A DNA stretch of 32,000 nucleotides from Clostridiales bacterium (lineage in GTDB: Bacteria; Bacillota; Clostridia; Christensenellales; Aristaeellaceae). A model generated the notes under the pieces. It had not been told where the DNA came from and did not search any database. It saw only the letters and a program-made list of their open reading frames with translations. Shown here one piece after another: positions 1-8,416 of the stretch (positions are counted from its first letter, which is position 1; every line of letters begins with the position of its first letter). The DNA is taken from contig SFIM01000006.1 in assembly GCA_004556155.1 (NCBI GenBank), positions 23,760-55,759 on the forward strand, written 5' to 3'. The translations under genes were made by a program, and so were the position numbers.

Positions 1-1094
1 TGCACGGCCAGCAGCGCCGCGCTGCCCGCGGCCAGCAGCGCGTGGAAGGCCGAGGTGGAGCGCAGAGCGATATCCGCCGAGCGCAGGACGATGAGCACAT
101 ACACGCAGGCCACCAGCGCGGCGAACACCAGGCCGAACTCGTTGATCAGGGCGGAAAAGATAAAGTCCGTGCGGAACTCCGGAATCACGCTGGCGTTGCC
201 TAGCCCCAGACCCGTGCCCCACCAGCCGCCGTTGGCGATGGCGATCAGCGACTGCACAATCTGGTAGCCGCCGCCCAGCTGATCATAGGTGCTGAAGGGA
301 TCCAGCCAGTTGCTGATGCGGTTTTGCACGGTCAGGAAATAGCTGTTCTTAAACAGCGCGTACAGCACGGCCACCGCGCCCACGCCCGCGCCCAGGATGC
401 CGCCGATCAGCAAAAGGCTGGAGGTGGCGGCGTACAGCAGCACCAGGCCCGCGCCGCCGTAAATGGCCGCCGTGCCCAGGTCGCGCTGCAATACCAGAAA
501 GCCCAGCATCAGGCCGATGAAGATCATGCCCGTCACAATGCGGCGGCGGGATAACAGATAGGACAGCACAAACAGATACACGATTTTTACCAGCTCGCTG
601 GGCTGGATGGTAAACCCGCCGAAGCCCACCCAGGCTGTCGCGCCCTTGCCCGCGTTGACCGCGCGGAATACAAAGGGAAGCGCCATCAGCGCGCAGCTTA
701 GCCCCATCAGCGGCACCATCAGCAGCCTCCAGCTTTTGATGTGACGCACGGCCAGCGCGCACACGACCATGGCTACCAGCCCCGCGCCGCAGTTGAACGC
801 CTGCGTCAGCCCGCGCGAGGGGGTGTAGCGGTATTGCAGCAGCACGCCCAGCGCGCACAGAAATGCGATGAGCGTAAGCAAAAACTCATCCATGGGGAAA
901 AGCCGGGGCAGGATGCGCACCATGGCCCACACGGCCAGCGGCACCAGCAGCGCCATGGCGGCTGTCAGCAGCGAGGGCGACTGCACAAACAAAAGCAAAA
1001 ACGCCGTAAAGAAAAACAGCATCACACCCGCCAGCAGCATCTGCTGCGGCGTGCGGCGCTTTTTTTGTTTGGCGTTTTTCATGGCAATGTTCAT
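1..1094 (-). CDS. SEDS-family peptidoglycan glycosyltransferase (FtsW/RodA/SpoVE family); C-terminal end runs off the window
   Basis: The frame is open to the window edge, so it is absent from the ORF track. My reverse-complement translation of 181-300 reads FSTYDQLGGGYQIVQSLIAIANGGWWGTGLGLGNASVIP, continuing EFRTDFIFSALINEFG, which is the classic SEDS signature. The ATG at 1094 lies 8 nt after AGGAGG (complement of 1103-1108). There is an ATGA overlap with the stop of the upstream FHA gene. Confidence 0.9.
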   Translation of the reverse strand, partial: MNIAMKNAKQKKRRTPQQMLLAGVMLFFFTAFLLLFVQSPSLLTAAMALLVPLAVWAMVRILPRLFPMDEFLLTLIAFLCALGVLLQYRYTPSRGLTQAFNCGAGLVAMVVCALAVRHIKSWRLLMVPLMGLSCALMALPFVFRAVNAGKGATAWVGFGGFTIQPSELVKIVYLFVLSYLLSRRRIVTGMIFIGLMLGFLVLQRDLGTAAIYGGAGLVLLYAATSSLLLIGGILGAGVGAVAVLYALFKNSYFLTVQNRISNWLDPFSTYDQLGGGYQIVQSLIAIANGGWWGTGLGLGNASVIPEFRTDFIFSALINEFGLVFAALVACVYVLIVLRSADIALRSTSAFHALLAAGSAALLAV

Positions 1095-2005
1095 TTTCCC
1101 TGCCTCCTGTCGCTTCTGCGGTGGCGGCGCGGCGCTTCAAAGGGCGCGGGGATTTCCTCCGCCTTTGGCGCATACATGCCCCCGTCGAAGGGCGCGGGCG
1201 CGGCGGCGTCCTCCTCCGCCGGGGCGGCGGGATAGGCCGCCTGCGCAGGATAAACGGGCTGCGCGGGCTGGGCATAGGCTGCCTGCGCGGGATCGGGACA
1301 AACCGGCTGCGGCGGACAGGCAGGCTGCGGATAGACAGGCTGCTGGGGATAAACCGGCTGCGGCGCGGCGTTTACCGCCGGCATGGACAGGGTATCGAAG
1401 GCTTGAAACGCGGGCGGCACGGGCATGCCCGGCTGATCATACGCGCCCTCGGAATAGGGGGCGCAGCCCAGCTGCGCGGCGGCGAAGGCGGCGTACTCGG
1501 GGGCGTAAAGCTCCTCATCCTCATAGGCGCTGTGCCAGTGCTCCTCATACGGGGCGGGGCGCGGCACGTTCAGCCCGGCGAACAGGCGAATGCGCAGCGT
1601 ATAGCCGCCCACGCGCAGCATGGCCCCGTGCAGGGCATAGCCGCCCTTGCCCAGCGGCGCGCCGTCCAGCAGCACCCCGCCCCGGCTGTGGCAGGGGGTC
1701 AGCAAAAGCCCCTTGCCCTCCACAAAGGCAAAGTTGATATCCCTTCGGCGCAATCCGCGCAGGCGGATATCGCACGCGCTGCCGCCGCCCAGCACGCCCT
1801 CGCGCGGCAGGGGATAGGCGCGGTCGTTGTCGATATCGCGCATCTCGCCCACCATGCCCGCGTCGGGCAGCTTTTTCAGCAGCTTTTTGCGCTGATAATG
1901 CTCATGCAAAAGCGCCGCCGCGCCGCGCCATACCAGCACGGCCGCCAGCAGCACAAACCAATAGCGCGCGCCCAGCGCCAGCAGCTGATACGCATTGTGA
2001 TCCAT
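1091..2005 (-). CDS. Membrane-anchored FHA-domain protein with a Pro/Gln/Tyr-rich C-terminal tail
   Basis: 304-aa ORF. It has an N-terminal hydrophobic helix (LLALGARYWFVLLAAVLVW) and a central degenerate FHA-like core (YPLPREGVLGGGSACDIRLRG...LLDGAPLGKGGYALHGAMLRVGGYTLRIRL). The tail is low-complexity (PQPVYPQQPVYPQPACPPQPV...). GGGGGAGGG lies upstream of the ATG at 2005. Its stop overlaps the SEDS start. Confidence 0.7.
   Translation of the reverse strand: MDHNAYQLLALGARYWFVLLAAVLVWRGAAALLHEHYQRKKLLKKLPDAGMVGEMRDIDNDRAYPLPREGVLGGGSACDIRLRGLRRRDINFAFVEGKGLLLTPCHSRGGVLLDGAPLGKGGYALHGAMLRVGGYTLRIRLFAGLNVPRPAPYEEHWHSAYEDEELYAPEYAAFAAAQLGCAPYSEGAYDQPGMPVPPAFQAFDTLSMPAVNAAPQPVYPQQPVYPQPACPPQPVCPDPAQAAYAQPAQPVYPAQAAYPAAPAEEDAAAPAPFDGGMYAPKAEEIPAPFEAPRRHRRSDRRQGK
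1229..1375 (-). repeat. Degenerate 18-21 nt tandem repeats encoding the PQPVYP-type tail of the FHA protein
   Basis: Recurring ggataaaccggctgcgg / ggatagacaggctgctg / ggataaacgggctgcgcg units are visible on the plus strand. They translate on the minus strand to AAPQPVYPQQPVYPQPACPPQPVCPDPAQAAYAQPAQPVYPAQAAYP. Confidence 0.6.
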
Positions 2006-2053
2006 GAACGCGCGCCCTCCCCCTTGGCTGAAATGTTACGGAATTGTGTTTTT

Positions 2054-2082
2054 AGTATAGCATACCGCGGGGAAGAATGCAA
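2054..2082 (-). promoter_or_regulatory. Candidate sigma-A promoter for the FHA-SEDS operon
   Basis: The minus strand reads TTGCAT (complement of 2077-2082), a 17-nt spacer, then TATACT (complement of 2054-2059). This lies about 50 nt upstream of the ATG at 2005. Confidence 0.5.
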
Positions 2083-2154
2083 AGATTTTCGCGGGAGGGA
2101 AAACGATATTTACAGTTCATGCACGGGCGGTTCATACTTCATGGCGTTTCCGCT

Positions 2155-3222
2155 TTACTTTTCCGTCACGTACTTCTCCATCACATATCCATGCATGCCG
2201 TTGGCTTCGATCTCGTACCAGCCATTTTCATGGGATAGAATGGTTACTTCCGTGCCGGTGCGCCATTCGGCCACCTTGGCACTGTCGCCCTTGGGCGTGT
2301 TGCGCACGTTGACAGTAGTTCCGCCGCCCGTGTTGCCTTTGTAGCTGAGAACGCCCTGGGCGGTGCTTTCGCTGTCGCCATAGAATTTCAGGCACGCGGT
2401 TTTGATGTACCCTACCGTACCTTTATAATTGATACGGGTATAGCCATTGCCGATGGCCAGCACAGATACAATGGTGCCTGCTTTGCAGTTCTTCAGCAGC
2501 GTGCCCTTGGACGAGGCCGTCTGACGCAGCGAAGCCTTGCCGGTGCGCGGGGCGTAGATGGTGGCCAGCTTCTTGTTCTCTGGCACGTTTTCGCTGAACG
2601 TCAGGTCAGACGTTGACACGCTGACGGTTTTGCCCTGATACTGAATTTTAGAGGACGTGCGCCCAAGCTCCACAACGCCAACAGCCGTTCCGCCCTCGTT
2701 GGCCTGTGTATCGGTCTGAGCGGAGCTCTGTGATTGTACAGTATTGCTACCATCCTTTCGTTCAGGCTCGGGGCCAGCACCAGCACGGTAGAGATAATAT
2801 GCACTTGAATCACTATATTTCGTTACGTCAAATTCAAGCACACCTTCTTTAATCTTGGCATCATAATTCGGGTCTTTTTCATGAATGTCATAAGCAAGAC
2901 CATCCGATTTACGGATAGTAGAGGTACAGTCTATTAATTTAACCTTTATTGTTCCTTGTTTTTTTACACCATTTTTCATGTAGACCACAGTTGTTCTGCC
3001 ATCTCTCGTGGAACTCTTACATTGCACATACGTACCAGCCGGAATGTAATCAATCACTTCTCCTTCAGAGGAATTAAGATAGCTATAAACAGTCGCTGCA
3101 ACTGCTGTCTTTTTAAAGCAGCGCAATTCAAATTCTTCCTGTGTCTCAGCAGTGGCAAATACAGGCAGCATCAGCAGACATATCAGGATGAGAAGAACCA
3201 AAAGCTTACAACGCTTCATCAT
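2155..3222 (-). CDS. Secreted protein with two C-terminal bacterial SH3 (SH3b) domains
   Basis: 355-aa ORF with a signal peptide (MMKRCKLLVLLILICLLMLPVFATAETQ). It has two SH3b-like modules (ASLRQTASSKGTLLKNCKAGTIVSVLAIGNGYTRINYKGTVGYIKTACL and VNVRNTPKGDSAKVAEWRTGTEVTILSHENGWYEIEANGMHGYVMEKYV). GGAGG lies upstream of the ATG. Confidence 0.8.
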   Translation of the reverse strand: MMKRCKLLVLLILICLLMLPVFATAETQEEFELRCFKKTAVAATVYSYLNSSEGEVIDYIPAGTYVQCKSSTRDGRTTVVYMKNGVKKQGTIKVKLIDCTSTIRKSDGLAYDIHEKDPNYDAKIKEGVLEFDVTKYSDSSAYYLYRAGAGPEPERKDGSNTVQSQSSAQTDTQANEGGTAVGVVELGRTSSKIQYQGKTVSVSTSDLTFSENVPENKKLATIYAPRTGKASLRQTASSKGTLLKNCKAGTIVSVLAIGNGYTRINYKGTVGYIKTACLKFYGDSESTAQGVLSYKGNTGGGTTVNVRNTPKGDSAKVAEWRTGTEVTILSHENGWYEIEANGMHGYVMEKYVTEK

Positions 3223-3381
3223 GTGAACCTCCGATCATCGTTGGATTTGAAATAAATTTGCAACATTTCCGTAATATACAATACCACTATTCTCCACTTT
3301 TAGCAAGCATTGTAATTGTAAATTATGCTATTCTGCGATTGTAAATTGAACGGGTCGGACGGCAAAAATTCGCGCGGCGGA

Positions 3382-3410
3382 TTGACTTGCGCGGCTTTTT
3401 TCTATATCAT
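3382..3410 (+). promoter_or_regulatory. Candidate sigma-A promoter for nadK
   Basis: TTGACT (3382-3387), a 17-nt spacer, then TATCAT (3405-3410), about 50 nt upstream of the ATG at 3459. Confidence 0.4.
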
Positions 3411-3458
3411 GAATGCAGCGCGCCGCGTGCGCGCACCCTATGGATATCGAGGCGCTGT

Positions 3459-4262
3459 ATGAAGTTTTTGCTGTATCCCAATCGTTCTAATCCTGCCGCG
3501 CTGGCGCTGTGCGAGCGCGCCGGGCATTTTTTGCGTCAAAATGGGCACACGGTGCTGCTGGCTGCGGGGGCCGAGGGCGCGGACATGCTGCTGGTGTTCG
3601 GCGGCGACGGCACGCTGCTGCGCGCCGTGCACGAGCTGCACGCGGCCTGCCCGGTATGGTGCGTCAACTGCGGGCACCTGGGGTATCTGACGGATTGCGA
3701 GCTTGCCCAGGCGGAGGCGGTGCTGCCCCGGCTGCTGGCTGGCGATTATCACCTGGAAAAGCGCATGCTGATGCACGGCGCGCTCAACGATCAGCCGGAG
3801 TTTACCGCGCTGAACGAGATGGTGCTGCACCGCGGGGCCTATCAGCACGCGCTATATCTGTATTTATATGTAAACGATCAGCTGGCCATGCGTCTGCATG
3901 GGGATGGGCTGATCGTCAGCACGCCCACCGGATCGACGGCGTACAACCTGTCGGCGGGCGGGCCGGTGCTGATGCCCGAGGCGCGGCTGCTGGCCGTTAC
4001 GCCCATTTGCGCGCACGCGCCCTCCGGCGTGCCGATGGTGGTGTCAGCGCAGGATACGGTGCGCGTGCAGTGGCTACCCGCCTACGACGCGGAGGAGCCG
4101 GACATGCCCTACCTGGTGGTGGACGGCCTGCGCCGTGAGCCGCTGCGCCCGCGCGACAGCGTGACGCTGCACTGCGGCACGCAGAGCGTTTTGCTGGTGC
4201 GCACGGGCGACGAGACCTTCTGCCAGCGCCTGCAGGGCAAGCTGCGCATGAGCGGGGAGTAA
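3459..4262 (+). CDS. nadK: NAD kinase
   Basis: Motifs GGDGTLLRA, NCGHLGYL and STPTGSTAYNLSAGGPV are present. I trimmed the track ORF (3387) to the in-frame ATG at 3459 (MKFLLYPN), which follows a GAGG. Confidence 0.9.
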   Translation: MKFLLYPNRSNPAALALCERAGHFLRQNGHTVLLAAGAEGADMLLVFGGDGTLLRAVHELHAACPVWCVNCGHLGYLTDCELAQAEAVLPRLLAGDYHLEKRMLMHGALNDQPEFTALNEMVLHRGAYQHALYLYLYVNDQLAMRLHGDGLIVSTPTGSTAYNLSAGGPVLMPEARLLAVTPICAHAPSGVPMVVSAQDTVRVQWLPAYDAEEPDMPYLVVDGLRREPLRPRDSVTLHCGTQSVLLVRTGDETFCQRLQGKLRMSGE

Positions 4263-4344
4263 GGGACGGGGAACGTTGCTTTCTTCCGTCATAGCGCCGC
4301 CGCAGGCGGCTGAGGGCGCACTGCCGCCCGAAAAACGCGCAACG

Positions 4345-4373
4345 ATAAAAGCCTTCTCCCAAACGGGAGAAGG
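4345..4373 (-). terminator. Intrinsic terminator candidate (minus strand) downstream of the GT2-TPR gene
   Basis: 9-bp stem ccttctccc (4352-4360) / gggagaagg (4365-4373) with a 4-nt loop. On the minus strand it is followed by CTTTTAT. Confidence 0.5.
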
Positions 4374-4423
4374 TGTCGAGCGCATAGCGAGACGGATGAG
4401 GGAAAACGGAATATTTTATGCAG

Positions 4424-4449
4424 GCTTCTTTTAATGAAGAAGCTTTTTA
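4424..4449. terminator. Hairpin plus T-run between convergent nadK and the GT2-TPR gene
   Basis: Stem gcttctt (4424-4430) / aagaagc (4437-4443), followed by ttttta (4444-4449) on the plus strand. Confidence 0.55.
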
Positions 4450-4465
4450 TAATGAACGCTCCAGC

Positions 4466-5566
4466 TCATTCTTCGGCGCCGCATCCCGCCTTTTCCTCCA
4501 TCAGCCGCACGTTTTCGGCAATACGCGCATCCTGCGGGGCCAGGCGCAGCGCTTCGCGGGCGGCCTGCGCGGCGCGGGGATACTGCTCCAACTGGTAGCA
4601 GGCGATGGACAAAAAATCCCACGGCAGCGCGCCGAAGGATTCCGGCTCGGTCATATAGGTGCGCGGGCGGTCGGCAATCTGCAGCGCCCGCTCGCAGGCA
4701 TAGGCCACGCCGGGCCAGTTCTGCCTGGCATAATACATGCGCGCCAGATCCAGCCAGGGTTCGCGCAGATGCGGCGCTTCGCCCGCCGCGCGCAGCAGAT
4801 AGCATTCCTGCTCGTAGGCGTTGCCGCGTGCGCCATAGGCACGGGCGATATAGCGCATGGACGCGCAGCGCTCATCCCGCCAGGTGGCCGAGGGCAGGGC
4901 CAGATGCCGCTTGAGGGTGGCGATGCAATCATTCCACCGCTGATGGAACAGGTACTCCCGTCCCAGATAGTGCAGGCTGCGGTCATCCTGCGGCGCTTCC
5001 TGCACAGCCAGCTCCAATAGCGGCAGATACTGCGCGCGGGATTTCTGCGCGTCCGGATGATGCTCCAGCCGCATGTCCTGGCACAGCGCGCGCTGCGCTT
5101 CGCCGCCGCCCGTATAGTGCAGCACCTCATGCACGGGATGAATCCATTCAAAGCCCTGCCGCGCGTGCATCTTATCGGCATAAAAGAAGGTGCCTTCGCT
5201 GCCGTCCGCATTGAATGACCACACATAGGGATAGCGCAGCTGCTGCGCGCCCTCCGCCCAGGCGGATTCCACCTGCTCGCGCCAGCCTGGGGTAAAGTAT
5301 TCGTCCAGATCGGTGCAAACGCAGATATCCGCATCCGCGGGCACCAGCTCCAGGGAGCGGTTGCGCGCCGTGTCAAAGCGCCAGGGCGTGATTTCCTCGC
5401 AGGTCACCTGCGCGCCCAATTCCGTCAATGCCTCCGGCGTGCCGTCCGTGGAGCCGGTATCCAGCACATAAACGCCGTCCGCCTCGCGCATGGATTGCAT
5501 CCACCGCGCGGCGAAAGCACGCTCATTTTTGCAGATGGCGTATACATACACCCGATAATTGCCCAT
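4466..5566 (-). CDS. Cytoplasmic GT2-like glycosyltransferase fused to C-terminal TPR repeats
   Basis: The N-terminus (VYVYAICKNERAFAARWMQSM...VLDTGSTDGT...DADICVCTDLDE) matches a GT-A fold with a DxD-like motif. The C-terminal half has TPR-like helices (HYLGREYLFHQRWNDCIATLKRHL, LARMYYARQNWPGVAYACERAL, ACYQLEQYPRAAQAAREAL). I trimmed the track ORF (5821) to the ATG at 5566, which is preceded by AGAGGGGGG. Confidence 0.75.
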   Translation of the reverse strand: MGNYRVYVYAICKNERAFAARWMQSMREADGVYVLDTGSTDGTPEALTELGAQVTCEEITPWRFDTARNRSLELVPADADICVCTDLDEYFTPGWREQVESAWAEGAQQLRYPYVWSFNADGSEGTFFYADKMHARQGFEWIHPVHEVLHYTGGGEAQRALCQDMRLEHHPDAQKSRAQYLPLLELAVQEAPQDDRSLHYLGREYLFHQRWNDCIATLKRHLALPSATWRDERCASMRYIARAYGARGNAYEQECYLLRAAGEAPHLREPWLDLARMYYARQNWPGVAYACERALQIADRPRTYMTEPESFGALPWDFLSIACYQLEQYPRAAQAAREALRLAPQDARIAENVRLMEEKAGCGAEE

Positions 5567-5717
5567 AAAAATCCCCCCTCTTTCGATGTTATGCGGAAAA
5601 AGAAGGGGATGTGATGAACGGAAACGCTGCTTTTTGCCCAGTACAATGAACCAATTGCGCCGCATGAAACGTCCTATAAAGAGAATTATTTGTCCATGCG
5701 ATATGTTGGAGGGAAAA

Positions 5718-6854
5718 ATGAAAAGGTATCTGCTTTGGATTATGCTGGTATGCCTGCTGCCGCCTGGCGGCGCCGGGGCGGAGGTGCAGCGGTATGCAAT
5801 CCGCGATCTGCCTGCGGTCACTTCGCCGCGATGGGAACAAACCTATACGGCTTACGGCAGGACGATTCAGGTGAGCGAGGAGGTTCAAATTCCCCGCGTG
5901 GATAGCGCGCCGGTGCTTACGGTGCGCGCCGCGCCGCCCGTGGCGGATACGATCGCGCAGGAATTGACCGCCTTCTGCGAAAAATCTATGCGGGAGGATC
6001 GCGTCCATTCCTACAGCTTTGCCTCCACAGCCTATGTGACGGCCTACGACCACGCAACCCCGCCCATGTGGGGCAAGACGCGGCAGGCCGATGTTTATAG
6101 TCAGGTGGAAATGGGCTGGGATGCGCATCTGCTGGCGGATTATCAGCTGGGCGCGGCCTATGCGGACAATAACCCGCTGCTTCTGGGCGAGGCGGCGGAT
6201 ATTGCCCAAGCGCAGATTACGGCGCTGTTTCCAGGCGATGCGCTGTATCTGATGAACGCAGCCGTGTTCGACCGTACCTTTTACAAGGCGACCGGAAAGC
6301 CGATCAGCGAGAAGGGATACTATCACCTGGAATTCCATCAGGTTTTCCACGGCATTCCCTATATGGGAAGCGTGCATAGCGCGTTTAGCGTCAAGGCGGT
6401 TGGCAATGAGGATTACTGGCTGGAAAAACGGGGCTGCGCCTCGGCGGATGTTTTCGACGCGGATGCGTTTTTGCTGGCGTGCTGGTTCTATCAGGAAACC
6501 GGCGTGCTGCAATCGGATATCCCGCTGCTGCCCTTTGACAGCGTAAAGGGCAAGGTAGAGGCGCTGATTTATGCCGGGTATGTGCGCGCGGTGGATCGGG
6601 TGGCGCTGGGATATGTGCAGTTTGATACAGAAAACAGGCAGGAGCAATTGCTGCTGCCTGCCTGGGTGGTGTGGTGCGAATACCAGCAGGATGGCCCGCA
6701 GGCAGAGCGCAGCGGTCCCTTCTATACGGATGGCTGGCTGGAGGACGAGCCCTATTACCGACCCATCATCATCAATGCGCAGAGCGGGGAAATCATCGAT
6801 CCGGAGAATAACGCGAATGGTCGCTGTATGGCCCCGGAGATTGAAGCGTGGTAA
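5718..6854 (+). CDS. Secreted hypothetical protein (signal peptide; possible PepSY-like C-terminal module)
   Basis: The ATG at 5718 follows GGAGGG (5708-5713). The signal peptide is MKRYLLWIMLVCLLPPGGAGAEV. Coding-like high GC3 persists throughout. The C-terminus (LLLPAWVVWCEY...IIINAQSGEIIDP) resembles PepSY-type folds, but that resemblance is weak and from memory. Confidence 0.65.
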   Translation: MKRYLLWIMLVCLLPPGGAGAEVQRYAIRDLPAVTSPRWEQTYTAYGRTIQVSEEVQIPRVDSAPVLTVRAAPPVADTIAQELTAFCEKSMREDRVHSYSFASTAYVTAYDHATPPMWGKTRQADVYSQVEMGWDAHLLADYQLGAAYADNNPLLLGEAADIAQAQITALFPGDALYLMNAAVFDRTFYKATGKPISEKGYYHLEFHQVFHGIPYMGSVHSAFSVKAVGNEDYWLEKRGCASADVFDADAFLLACWFYQETGVLQSDIPLLPFDSVKGKVEALIYAGYVRAVDRVALGYVQFDTENRQEQLLLPAWVVWCEYQQDGPQAERSGPFYTDGWLEDEPYYRPIIINAQSGEIIDPENNANGRCMAPEIEAW

Positions 6855-6895
6855 GAAAACAAGGCTGAGCGCTGCAAAACCACGCAGCCTTCTTT

Positions 6896-6924
6896 GATTC
6901 TTTCTTGGGCTCCAAGAAAGAATC
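6896..6924. terminator. Bidirectional terminator hairpin between convergent genes
   Basis: Perfect 13-bp stem gattctttcttgg (6896-6908) / ccaagaaagaatc (6912-6924) with a 3-nt loop. Confidence 0.7.
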
Positions 6925-6944
6925 GTTCCCCCATCGTCTCCCCC

Positions 6945-7682
6945 TCACCGCTGCTTCATCTGCCGGGTGAAGCACCAGGCGGCAACGGCCAGAATCCCCA
7001 CAGCATAGGCAAGCACGATGGCCAAATGCCCCCACACAGCGCCGCCGTTCAGCGCGGCGCGGCAGGCTTCCACAGCATGATAGAAGGGCAGGGCACGGGC
7101 GACGCTGCCAAAGGCATCGCCCAGCAGTGAAATATCAAACCAGATGCCGCTGAGCCAGGCAGTCAGGTTGGTCAGCAGCGCGCCGCATGCGCCGCCTACC
7201 TGCTTGTCGTTGAGCACCGTGCCGCATAGCAGCCCGATAGCGATGAACAGCAGCGAGCAGACCAGCCCGGCCAGCAGCGCGGGCACAAGCGCCCAACAGA
7301 TGGGCAGCCCCAGCAGAAGCGCCACGGCGTATACCGCCGCGCCCTGCATCAGTGCCAGCGGCAGCAGGGGCAGCAGGTATCCCAGCAGAAAGCTCAGCCC
7401 CGTCACGGGCGCGGCATACAGGCGCATCAGGAAGGAGGTGCTGCGGTCGCGGGCAATCAGCAGCGCGCCGAACAGCGACAGGAAGGACTGCCCAAACACC
7501 ACAATGCCCGGCGCAAGCTGCTCAATGCGGAACATATCCACCGGAATGTGGGATTGAATCAGCGATAGCAACAGCAGGATCAGGATGGGGAACGCCAGCC
7601 CGAAAAACAGCGTCAGCAGGTCGCGCAGCATTTCCTTCAGCGTGCGCTGCGCCAGCACGGCGGCTTTGCGAAATTGCTTCAT
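6945..7682 (-). CDS. ABC-2 type transporter permease
   Basis: 245 aa with about six hydrophobic helices. Its ATG overlaps the stop of the upstream ATPase gene (ATGA at 7679-7682). Confidence 0.8.
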   Translation of the reverse strand: MKQFRKAAVLAQRTLKEMLRDLLTLFFGLAFPILILLLLSLIQSHIPVDMFRIEQLAPGIVVFGQSFLSLFGALLIARDRSTSFLMRLYAAPVTGLSFLLGYLLPLLPLALMQGAAVYAVALLLGLPICWALVPALLAGLVCSLLFIAIGLLCGTVLNDKQVGGACGALLTNLTAWLSGIWFDISLLGDAFGSVARALPFYHAVEACRAALNGGAVWGHLAIVLAYAVGILAVAAWCFTRQMKQR

Positions 7683-8413
7683 TTGGCAGCGTCCCCCTCT
7701 CCGGCCAGGGCGATAAAGGCGTTTTCAAAGCTGCTTTCACCGGTCTTTTCAATCAGCTCCTGCGCCGTGCCCAGGGCGATCAGATGGCCGTGGGACATGA
7801 TCCCAATGCGGTCGCTGAGCGCTTCGGCCTCCTCCAGATAATGCGTGGTCAGCACCAGCGCGGTATGCCCGCGCAGGCTGCGGATCACGCTCCACAGCTC
7901 GCGCCGGGTCAGCACGTCCAGTCCCAGCGTCGGCTCATCCAGAAACAGCACCCTGGGGCTGCTCACCAGCGCCATGGCGATGGAAAGACGGCGCATCCAG
8001 CCGCCCGAAAGCGTCTTGGCGCGCTGATTTGCCACCTCATTCAGCCGCAGGCGATCCATCATTTCATGGGTAAGCGCGCGGCACTCGGCGGCGCTATGAC
8101 CGTATACGCCGGCCATCAGCTCCAGATTTTCGCGCACGGTTAGATTGCCGGCAACGGCGGTTTCCTGCGGGGATACGGCGATCATGGATTTGACCTGCGC
8201 CGCCTGATGCACGATATCCTGCCCCAGCACCTGCGCGCTGCCAGACGTGGGTGCGCACAGGCAGCAGAGCATGCGAATCAGCGTGGTTTTGCCCGCGCCG
8301 TTTACGCCCAGCAGCGAAAAGAACTCGCCCTCGTGCACCGTAAGGCTGACGTTATCCACCGCCTTGCGCTGGCCGAAGGAGCGCGATAGCGAGTTGGTTA
8401 CAATTGCTTCCAT
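7679..8413 (-). CDS. ABC transporter ATP-binding protein
   Basis: Walker A GVNGAGKTT, ABC signature LSGGWMRRL and Walker B VLFLDEPT are present. Confidence 0.92.
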   Translation of the reverse strand: MEAIVTNSLSRSFGQRKAVDNVSLTVHEGEFFSLLGVNGAGKTTLIRMLCCLCAPTSGSAQVLGQDIVHQAAQVKSMIAVSPQETAVAGNLTVRENLELMAGVYGHSAAECRALTHEMMDRLRLNEVANQRAKTLSGGWMRRLSIAMALVSSPRVLFLDEPTLGLDVLTRRELWSVIRSLRGHTALVLTTHYLEEAEALSDRIGIMSHGHLIALGTAQELIEKTGESSFENAFIALAGEGDAAK

Positions 8414-8416
8414 TGG

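Noticed and set aside
868-1737. A 289-aa plus-strand ORF rich in Arg/Pro/Ala. Overlapping ORFs lie at 741-1235, 886-1275 and 1121-2344.
   Set aside because: They are antisense or out of frame relative to the SEDS and FHA genes. Their composition simply reflects the GC-rich proline-repeat region read in other frames.
2155-3360. Possibility that the low-GC patch is a mobile element or prophage remnant.
   Set aside because: No integrase, transposase, tRNA target, inverted terminal repeats or direct flanking repeats are visible. Only the compositional anomaly is reported, as a finding and not as a mobile element.
4466-5821. Long N-terminal extensions of track ORFs: 4466-5821, 25739-27025, 11463-12569, 19270-20205, 3387, 5559, 10252, 12708, 16296, 22161, 29015 and 30497.
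   Set aside because: The extensions are Arg/Pro-rich, overlap upstream genes or their terminators, and lack an RBS. In each case an internal ATG with a GGAGG-like site and a sensible N-terminus (signal peptide, P-loop or Rossmann motif) is available, so I trimmed the calls.
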